Source: Ostreococcus tauri (taxonomy: Eukaryota). From it: a DNA stretch of 20,822 bases. Below, piece after piece: positions 9,301 through 16,911 of the stretch; position 1 is the first letter of the stretch; each line of letters begins with the position of its first letter. The notes under the pieces are model-generated. The model saw nothing but the letters and a program-made list of their open reading frames with translations. It was not told where the DNA came from and did no database searches. Made by a program: the position numbers and the translations under genes. The stretch is from NCBI GenBank assembly GCA_000214015.2, contig CAID01000006.2, forward strand, positions 613,063 to 633,884, read 5' to 3'.

Positions 9301-10126
9301 TGACGTTCCTTCCGCGGTAATAGTTGCTCACCATCCACTCAAAACTCGTCACCTGGTACTCGCGAAGAGACATCCCATTCTTGAACTCCGGAGGCATGGG
9401 TTTTCCTCGCGGCATTTCCGTGCGCTCAAAAAACTCAGGATTGGTGAATCTCCAGTATCGCTCCACCTTGCCCTTGTCTTCGTCGAGCTCGCTCACGCTT
9501 TCGCTCGTCTCCCACGTGGACGCCGCGTACCCCAAGCCGCACCACTTCACCAAGTACTCCACCGATCCATCATCCTCGCCCTCTCGGTGAGCGATCACGC
9601 GATCGATGATATCATACGCCTTTGGGTACCGCTCATCCTGCGCCTCGATCGCGTGCTTCCGCGTGAACGTCTTCAACTTGTGCGGCGCCTCGCGCGCGAG
9701 CGTCTCCGCCGTCTCCCACGAGCATCGACGATAACTCACCCCTTCCCACTTCACGCAGTACTCCAGCTCCGCGTCCGCATCACTTTTCTGTCGACAGTAC
9801 ACGATTCGTTCGACGACGTCTCGATACGCCGCATCCTCCATCGACGCGTCCTCGTCCATCCGTCCCGCGCTCGTCGTCGACGCGTCGTCCGAATCCAATT
9901 CCGAATCCGACTCCGCCTCCCGCATCGACCGCACCGCCCGCGCCGCGGCTCGCCGCGGACGCCGTCCCACGCCGTCGTCCACCGCCACCGCCGTCGCCCC
10001 CGACGGCGCCGTCATCGACGTATCCGAGTCGCTCCCGTCCATTGCGCTCGGCGTGTCGTCGCGCGCGAGCTCCCGCACGCATCCCTCGTCGTCGACGCGC
10101 CCCACCGCTTCTGCCGCCGCGCGCAT
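6311..10126 (-). CDS. CHD1: CHD1-type chromodomain-helicase-DNA-binding chromatin remodeler (tandem chromodomains, SNF2 ATPase, SANT/SLIDE-like C-terminal region)
   Basis: Chromodomains: [19 protein letters not shown] and [22 protein letters not shown]2 motifs: LREYQ, [34 protein letters not shown]. Helicase C: [43 protein letters not shown]. There is no PHD finger, so CHD1-like rather than Mi-2-like. The tracked start at 10372 is a TTG. The first ATG is at 10126, and 10042 is an alternative with a better Kozak context. Confidence 0.9.
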   Translation of the reverse strand: [1271 protein letters not shown]

Positions 10127-10185
10127 CGAGCGCGCGCGCCCGACGTCGACGTCCACGCGCCGCGCGCGCCCGACGCGCGCCGTGG

Positions 10186-10187
<2 letters not shown>

Positions 10188-10214
<27 letters not shown>
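10188..10214. repeat. (GAC)9 trinucleotide microsatellite in the CHD1 / transporter divergent intergenic region
   Basis: A direct read gives nine GAC units followed by GAT. Confidence 0.9.
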
Positions 10215-10216
<2 letters not shown>

Positions 10217-10468
10217 TGTGTCTCGATTCAAATTCTTTCGTGCGTCAGCGCCCCACGCGTGTGTGCGTTTTACCCCCCCTCGATCCCCGCGCGCCGTCCG
10301 CGACGCCGTAGTGCGCGGACCGGAACGCCATGTGGAGATCCACGCGAAACGGCACGCGCGTGATCGACACAAACTCGGACGCGTGGACAGTATACCGCGC
10401 GTCGATCATCTGTATGTGAAACGTCGCGTGACGCGCATCGCGCGGGCGTCGACACGGGACGTCGACGC

Positions 10469-10489
10469 GACGACGACGACGACGACGAC
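10469..10489. repeat. (GAC)7 trinucleotide microsatellite in the same divergent intergenic region
   Basis: A direct read gives seven GAC units. Confidence 0.9.
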
Positions 10490-10526
10490 GTCGCCGCGTC
10501 GCGCGTCACGCGAGCGCGCGCGCGGG

Positions 10527-10873
10527 ATGGTGACCGCGGCGCGGGGTGGGGTGAATTTTCCCGCGTCCACGCGAGCGACGTCGAGGCCGGACGGGCGGTC
10601 GGTGCGCGTCGAGCGGCGACGATGGGTCGATCGCGCGCGGCGTCACGGACGACGGCGAACGGATGATCGGATTCAGTCGCGGGCGATCGGTGACGCCGCG
10701 GTGCGCGAGCGCGGGTCGGTGGACGGTAGCGATGGACGATTGACGCCGACGTACGCGGGATCGACGGCGCGGGGGGGGCGTCGTCGGATCGAGAGTGAAC
10801 TCGGGACGAGCACGACGGAACAGGCGGGACGGAACGTGACCAACATCTTACTCGGCGTCGGGACGTTTGGGGG
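10527..10873 (+). CDS. Probable N-terminal coding segment of the amino-acid transporter, in a different frame from the main ORF (offset at G6 run 10869-10874)
   Basis: This frame ends ...EQAGRNVTNILLGVGTFGG before a stop at 10887-10889. NVTNILLGVGTFG is the first half of the conserved Aa_trans N-terminal motif, and its second half (VPYALKEAGW) opens the 10874 ORF in the adjacent frame. The ATG at 10527 is the nearest in-frame start, but the start is uncertain. Confidence 0.45.
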
Positions 10874-12094
10874 GTGCCGTACGCGTTGAAAGAGGCTGGG
10901 TGGAGCGGGTTGATCGTGCTCGGGACGTTGGGTCTGGTGACGAATTACACGGGGAAGATTCTGATCGCGTGTCAGCGGCGGGGGACGCTGCCGGCGAGCG
11001 AGCGCTCGACGGAAGGGGCCGGTGGGTCGACGCTGTGGAGCGCGACCGGGGTCGTTGGGGACGACGTGTGTCCCGATGAGTTTTATGAGCGCCCAGCGGA
11101 ACGCGCGTTGACGTCGTACGAAGACATCGGCGAGGCGGCGTTCGGGAAACTCGGGAGGAACTTCATCACGAGCGTCCTGTACACAGAGTTGATCGGCACC
11201 GCTGGATTGTTCTTCATCTTGGAGGGCGATCATCTCGCGACGTTGTTTCACGCGAAAGGAAAGGAAGAGCTCTTCGCGTGCGCCGCCGCGCTTTTCATGG
11301 TTCCCACGACGTGGCTGTTCGATCTGTCCAAGCTGAGCTATGTCGGCGCTCTCGGATTGTACGCGTCGACGGTGCTGACTGGCGTCGTCTCGTACGAGCT
11401 CATACATCAGTACACCACGACGGGGTCGCTTCCACACCTCGCGGAGACGACGTTCGTGAACTGGTCGACGTTTCCAGTGAGCTTTGGATTGTTGGCATTC
11501 GTGTACGCCGGGCACGCGGTGTTCCCGGCGATTTACGCGTCGATGGAAAAGCCCGAGGAGTACGAGAAAATGCTCGACGAGTCGTACATCGTCGTTGGGT
11601 TGAATTGCCTCGCCCTCGGCTGCGCCGGGTACGCTTTATTCGGGAACGAGGTCTCCGATCAGGTCACGCTGAGCCTCGACACTGGGGCGCTCGCGACGCT
11701 CGCGTTCGGTTTGACCGCGATCAACCCGTTCGCCAAATTCGCCCTTACGCTGGACCCGGTGGCCAAGGGCGTGGACTCCAAGCTCGGATTTCGCGTGCGC
11801 GACTCAAAGTCGGACGCTCTAGTTTCCCGGCTCTTGCGCACCGCTTTAGGCGTGCTGACACTCGGCGCGGCCATCAAACTTCCATTCTTCGGTGTTGGCA
11901 TGTCACTCGTCGGCGCCGCACTCACGCTCTCCGTCTCTGTCACGTTCCCTTCGATGTGCTACCTCCGGATGTTTGGCGACGAGCTCTCTCGGGGCGAACG
12001 TTGGCTCAACTACGCCATCCTCGGTATCGGTTTCACGTGCGCCGCCTCGGGTACAGCCGCGGCGTTCCAATCCGCCTTGGAAATCAGCGGTTAA
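10874..12094 (+). CDS. Amino acid transporter, Aa_trans family (AVT1 / VIAAT-like), main body
   Basis: Motifs include PYALKEAGWSGLIVLGTLGLVTNYTGKIL, YEDIGEAAFG and FVYAGHAVFPAIYASMEKPEEYEKML, with about 10 hydrophobic segments. The tracked start is a GTG with no nearby in-frame ATG, which is consistent with the true N-terminus lying upstream in another frame. Confidence 0.85.
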   Translation: MPYALKEAGWSGLIVLGTLGLVTNYTGKILIACQRRGTLPASERSTEGAGGSTLWSATGVVGDDVCPDEFYERPAERALTSYEDIGEAAFGKLGRNFITSVLYTELIGTAGLFFILEGDHLATLFHAKGKEELFACAAALFMVPTTWLFDLSKLSYVGALGLYASTVLTGVVSYELIHQYTTTGSLPHLAETTFVNWSTFPVSFGLLAFVYAGHAVFPAIYASMEKPEEYEKMLDESYIVVGLNCLALGCAGYALFGNEVSDQVTLSLDTGALATLAFGLTAINPFAKFALTLDPVAKGVDSKLGFRVRDSKSDALVSRLLRTALGVLTLGAAIKLPFFGVGMSLVGAALTLSVSVTFPSMCYLRMFGDELSRGERWLNYAILGIGFTCAASGTAAAFQSALEISG

Positions 12095-12266
12095 GACGCC
12101 AAGTCACGTATAATTCATCGCACGCGCGTATTGTTTGTATCAAGACACATTTTTCTGTTCCTTCATCCCGCCTCTCCCGTCGTTCACGCTTTGTCCGCGC
12201 GGCGGCTCAACTACCTCTCGCCGTCCGCAGACCCGTGCGCTCTCATTCGCTGGCGCGCGCCCCGAC

Positions 12267-13736
12267 ATGCGGCGAGGCGCGCTCCTAATAGTCCTCTTCG
12301 TCCTCGCGCGCGACGTCGACGCCGAGAGCGACGACGCGTCGACGATCGAGCGTCAGAAGGCTTCGTCGTCGGACAGTTGGAGAGTCGGTCACGCATCCGA
12401 CTCTCTGTCGCGATACAACGGGCACGCGCGACGATTACTGCGCGATGCGGCGCCGACGCGGGCGTGGGACGCGGCGGGTCGGTTCTTAGACGCGCTCGAT
12501 GGGAGTTTAGCCGACGCGAGTGCGAACGGATGCGTCTTGCACGAGTTCAACTCGTTGCCGAACGTGGAGACGGTGGACGTGAGCGTTCGGTTGGATTACC
12601 ACGCGATGGCGAAGAATGGTAATTTGAAGAGATTAGGGGTGATGTGCGACGCGCGGAGCGAGAGAGGAAGCGGAGAGGCGTGGTGTTTGGGATTGGAGCG
12701 GTCGACGGCGTTCGAGCGACATCGAAAGTGGTGGCGACGCCTGAGCGAAGCGTACGAGGACGGGAGGCATCCGTATTGGTTGAGCGAATACTTGGAGTTT
12801 GATATGCATGCGAACGAGATGAATCCCACGGCGAGCGTGTTCATCGAGACGACACCTATGGTGAATAGAAGACAGGCGGAGTACGTGCCGGCGCTGAGGG
12901 AATATTTAGAAGCGATCGAGGAGACGGCTTCGGAGAGGCTGTATGAGAACATCCAGGCGGTGATCGACGCGGCGATGGGAGATGGATTCGACACACACAT
13001 GTGGGCCGCCGGAATCATGTTCAGTCGATCGACGAAGACGGCGAGCGGGACGATCGACAGCGTTCGTGTGCTAATTCATTTTATGCGACACACGCCTCGA
13101 AACGGCGCCAAGGACGAAGAGGAAGACGGATACAGGAGCGAAAAAACGCGCCAAATGGTGCGTCTTCTCGAGATACTGAACTGGACTGGTGACTTTGACG
13201 AGTTCGATCGCATAGACAATTATTTCTTGGACGACGGTGGGCTTGGCTCGGTGCTTCAGCTGGACGTCCTGAATCGCGCGCCGACGGCGAGCGACCCCTC
13301 GATCATCGGCCCACGCGTCGGTGTCGAGATAACCATCGGCGTCGCTGACCCCACGAAGAACATCATGCCGCGACTCAACTCTCTCGTTGACGATGGACTC
13401 GTCGCCCCGATGTGGTGGAGCAATTTCACCGCCGCGTTGTGCGAGCCCGGTCCTCCGCGAACCGACGCGAGTAACGCTCGGGCCCTCCTCCGTCGTCCGT
13501 GCGCCATCAGAAGACGCACAGCCGCCGACAAGCGAGACTTGACAAAGAATGATGGTTCGGGCTTCCACCCACCGCTCACCGTGGCCGTGAGTCACCTCAA
13601 ATTTATCGTTCAACCAGGACGCTCTCTGTACGTCAAGCCGTACGTCACGACGCAAGCTCCGTTCGCGTGGTGCCTTGACGACAAGGCCCACGCCGAGCCT
13701 GAATCGCTCCCGGTCTACAATCAGTGCGCCCGATGA
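12267..13736 (+). CDS. Hypothetical secreted protein (489 aa), no recognisable family
   Basis: The first ATG gives MRRGALLIVLFVLARDVDA/ESDD, a signal-peptide-like N-terminus. Host-type G/C-ending codon usage holds throughout. I recognise no domain. Confidence 0.7.
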   Translation: MRRGALLIVLFVLARDVDAESDDASTIERQKASSSDSWRVGHASDSLSRYNGHARRLLRDAAPTRAWDAAGRFLDALDGSLADASANGCVLHEFNSLPNVETVDVSVRLDYHAMAKNGNLKRLGVMCDARSERGSGEAWCLGLERSTAFERHRKWWRRLSEAYEDGRHPYWLSEYLEFDMHANEMNPTASVFIETTPMVNRRQAEYVPALREYLEAIEETASERLYENIQAVIDAAMGDGFDTHMWAAGIMFSRSTKTASGTIDSVRVLIHFMRHTPRNGAKDEEEDGYRSEKTRQMVRLLEILNWTGDFDEFDRIDNYFLDDGGLGSVLQLDVLNRAPTASDPSIIGPRVGVEITIGVADPTKNIMPRLNSLVDDGLVAPMWWSNFTAALCEPGPPRTDASNARALLRRPCAIRRRTAADKRDLTKNDGSGFHPPLTVAVSHLKFIVQPGRSLYVKPYVTTQAPFAWCLDDKAHAEPESLPVYNQCAR

Positions 13737-14245
13737 TCGATCGTCGTATGTGTACCATGTATCAACGAATTAAACGACCGCGCGTGAGGGAACCGTCGAT
13801 GCGTCAATCGTCCTCGCCGCCGCCGCCTCGCTCGCCGACCCGACCGCGCGCCGGAGTCAACACACCATCGATCGACGCGCGCGCGCCGCATCATCCACGG
13901 TGCCGCGCGCGCGACGCCGCATTCACCGCACACGACGCTCGCGCGCGTGATCGACGCGCTTGCACGCGCGCGCGCGTCGTCACCGGGACGCACGACGCAG
14001 AAATATTCAATCGCCGATACATTCCGAGCTCGCATCGAGTCATGATTCCACCCGCGAGGACGTCGGATCGCCTGAAGCGCATCCTGGGGACGTCCGAGTG
14101 GGCGCCGAGGAGGTCATCTCGATCGTCCGAGTCGCTTCCGCTTCGAGATCGCTCGCAGAGAAGCGCGCAAGGGGATCAGTGTACGAAAACGGTGTGGAGC
14201 GGGACGGCGGCGCTGACGCGACGCGAACCCGGAAGAGAAGGACGA

Positions 14246-16849
14246 ATGAAGACGTCGAGCGAGGCGGTGGACGAGACCCCGATCGGGTTGATCACTCGAG
14301 CGTCGTGTGACGCGGGGAACGATGCGTCGATGGAGGCGACGGCGGGGGCGAGCAGCGCGCAGGCGAGCGACGCCGAGGTGGACGACGCGGACGCGGGCGC
14401 GACGGAGCGCGCCGCGGAGCACTCGACGCGGTGCGCGAGTGAGGGCTTGGGAGGGTTCACGAACGCGCGAACGGTCGCGTGCCAGCTCGTGGCGCAGGCG
14501 CCGCCGTCGGGGGCGGATATTCCTGGGACGGCGCGGGGGGAGGGGTTCGCCAGGGCGAGCGCGGCGGGGAACGCGCTTCCGGAAATCGTGCACGCCGAAA
14601 TCGTCGGTCCCGAGGACGAGGGCTGGCCCGAGGTTTGGGATCCTGTGGCGCTCCTACGTTTGTTTCCACTCTCGGCGCATCACTTGGTGCCGTTCAATCA
14701 GATGCGAGCGATGCTCACGGACTGTCGTCTTGACGAGAAGAAGACGCGGGACACGGGCGAGGGCGTCGCAGGCGCCGCGCGCATGGAACTTCCAGACGGG
14801 TACGTCGTGTACGTTGTCTCTGACGAAGGTCTTCCAGACATCGTGCGAGGCGCCCTGTACGGTAAGGCGAGTGGGAAGAGTGAGACCAACAGGCCGCTGT
14901 GGGCTGTCATACAAAGTATTTCGCCGTTAGACAAGCCGCAACCTCCGGCGACGGTGCCGACGCCGGATTTGAAACCCACTCGCGGGATCCTGCGCGGTTG
15001 GCGACCTCCGCCGAAAGAACCGGCCATCAGTGATAACACGCGTGTGCGAGTGGATCGTGTGTCGGAGCAGGAAGGTGTCGTTAAGATGGCGGAAGAACTC
15101 TCCGGAGTGCACCCGTCGGCGGAGACGACTGACGAAGAAAAGTCATTGAGTTCCGCGCACGAAATGACGAGCGGCGTCGAAGAGAGCGAAGGCATGGGAA
15201 CGGTGACGCCGGTAATAAGCGAGGAGACGAGTGAGCTCACGTCTGGTACGTCTGAGGTCGAGCGCGTGACTATCAAAATCGGCGGCGACGACGAGTTGGA
15301 CGACTGGCTCTCGCCCCCACTCGCTCGGCGTAAGAGAAAATCGTTCGCCAGCGCGCTCGCCGGTTCGGGATCGGATAATGAAAATTCCGATGATTCATCT
15401 GCTCCAGAGTTTGCAAAGCTGAAGCGTACGGCGACTTCGCCCGCCGCATCACCAAGCTCTTCAGAGGGCGAAGAGGAGCTCGTTCCCATGGAGCGAGGGC
15501 AGCACGAAATCCCGACCGCGACAGTGGCGCTAGCGCAAGTCATCTCGCCCGAACAGCGAGTTCCGAACATTCCTCTCACAGGTTTGCGATATATGCTCCT
15601 TGGCTTCGAGCTGAATCACCCGCACGTGGTGTATCTGATCAACTCGCTTGCCGAGGAGGGCGCCATGCACTTGGACATGAGAAGCAGCAAACCGGAGGAT
15701 GTTGACTTGATCGTCTTGCATCCACCGTTTCTGCAGCTCTTGTCAGCTCCTCAGTTCCCGATGAACGTGGCAGATTTCACCAGGACGCGGCACACGAGAT
15801 TTGCTCTCGGTTTACGCCACTTGGAGCTATGTTTGGAGCAGCGAAGACAACTCGATCCCAGACTCGAGACGGCTGAAGTTTTCCCAGAAGGCGTGTTGGT
15901 TGTCATGGATGACGCGGCGCTGATCAATGATGAAGAGGCGCTTCATCGCATCGTTCGTCTACTTGCTCAGGCGTCGGCTGCGAGTGCGGCGTGTTCAGCG
16001 GCAAAGGGTATCTTTCACTACGGCCAGGACGGCACGCGTGAAAATCCACCGTGGCCGTGGGCCATCAAGATCGCGAACAGCACGATTCAGAAGCTCATGA
16101 TGACCAAGCTTCGAATGATGCAAACAAACGCGGAGAAGGCGTGGAAGATCGAGGCAATGATCAAGGCACTGCACGCGTACAAGCACGCCGGGGACCGCGC
16201 CGGGAGAGGGGCGAGAGTGATGGGGATCACGTGGGAGGAAGCATCGCACCAGCCGGTGGAGGATCCTCCTCAGGCGGTGCGCGACGCGGTGAAAATCGCA
16301 TCGAGACACGTGTCTTTGTGTCGAGCCGTATTCCTCGTGAGTGAGGATTCTAAGACGCTCACCGCGGCCAAGGGACAACGCAGTATCTTATCGGGGAACG
16401 TGAACGACGTCTGCGACTTTTTGACGTCGATCGTTCGTGAAATGTGGGCAGAGACTAAGGCGGCGCGTACCGGCATGAGCGTTCACGATAGTAAACGCGT
16501 GGATGCGAGCGAACCATCAGCGAGTGACGTGAACTCAGACGCCCGAGATGATTCGAAGCTCCCCGACATGGAGGAAGAAGCGAGCGATGCAAGTCGGAAG
16601 CGAAGCAAGGAGAAAAAGGTCGTCAAGTTCCCCACCATGATCGATGACGGTGGTCGGAGTACGCGTAGCCGTGGGCGTTATAGTCCACCGCCGTCTCCCA
16701 CGCGCACGAACTCCGGAAGGACGGGCGACGACACGAGTAAGGACACGTCCAAGACGTCGACGGGAGATGCACCAACCGACGGCGAAGAGACGGCGCAGTC
16801 ACCAGTAGCTCCAAAGCAGAAGCGTTGGCGGCATTCGAGCGTAAGTTAA
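14246..16849 (+). CDS. Hypothetical large protein (867 aa), acidic/Ser-rich linkers, possible BRCT-like module near 15560-15860
   Basis: The uninterrupted ORF has host-like codon bias. Hand-counted third-position GC rises from about two-thirds upstream of 14246 to roughly 90 percent after it, which favours this ATG over 14042 or 13724. PLTGLRYMLLGFELNHPHVVYLINSLAEEGAMHLD...VDLIVLH...LELCLEQRRQLDP resembles a BRCT fold pattern, but that assignment is weak. Confidence 0.65.
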   Translation: MKTSSEAVDETPIGLITRASCDAGNDASMEATAGASSAQASDAEVDDADAGATERAAEHSTRCASEGLGGFTNARTVACQLVAQAPPSGADIPGTARGEGFARASAAGNALPEIVHAEIVGPEDEGWPEVWDPVALLRLFPLSAHHLVPFNQMRAMLTDCRLDEKKTRDTGEGVAGAARMELPDGYVVYVVSDEGLPDIVRGALYGKASGKSETNRPLWAVIQSISPLDKPQPPATVPTPDLKPTRGILRGWRPPPKEPAISDNTRVRVDRVSEQEGVVKMAEELSGVHPSAETTDEEKSLSSAHEMTSGVEESEGMGTVTPVISEETSELTSGTSEVERVTIKIGGDDELDDWLSPPLARRKRKSFASALAGSGSDNENSDDSSAPEFAKLKRTATSPAASPSSSEGEEELVPMERGQHEIPTATVALAQVISPEQRVPNIPLTGLRYMLLGFELNHPHVVYLINSLAEEGAMHLDMRSSKPEDVDLIVLHPPFLQLLSAPQFPMNVADFTRTRHTRFALGLRHLELCLEQRRQLDPRLETAEVFPEGVLVVMDDAALINDEEALHRIVRLLAQASAASAACSAAKGIFHYGQDGTRENPPWPWAIKIANSTIQKLMMTKLRMMQTNAEKAWKIEAMIKALHAYKHAGDRAGRGARVMGITWEEASHQPVEDPPQAVRDAVKIASRHVSLCRAVFLVSEDSKTLTAAKGQRSILSGNVNDVCDFLTSIVREMWAETKAARTGMSVHDSKRVDASEPSASDVNSDARDDSKLPDMEEEASDASRKRSKEKKVVKFPTMIDDGGRSTRSRGRYSPPPSPTRTNSGRTGDDTSKDTSKTSTGDAPTDGEETAQSPVAPKQKRWRHSSVS

Positions 16850-16884
16850 CGTATTATGTTCTACTAGATAGTTTTGCTGTATCA

Positions 16885-16889
16885 TTACA
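16885..16889 (-). promoter_or_regulatory. TGTAA (minus strand), candidate poly(A) signal for DNMT2
   Basis: Plus-strand TTACA lies 23-27 nt downstream of the DNMT2 stop. A second TGTAA (16912-16916) contains the TAA stop itself. Confidence 0.3.
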
Positions 16890-16911
16890 ATTGAAATTCT
16901 AGGCAATAATG

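Noticed and set aside
10053-10526. The 5' two-thirds of the 278-aa plus-strand ORF, and the TTG-initiated CHD1 extension 10127-10372 with its poly-Ser run.
   Set aside because: Both run through (GAC)n microsatellites and the opposing gene's upstream region, and both are low-complexity. Only the last part of the plus ORF (from about 10527, and especially 10830-10873) shows transporter homology.
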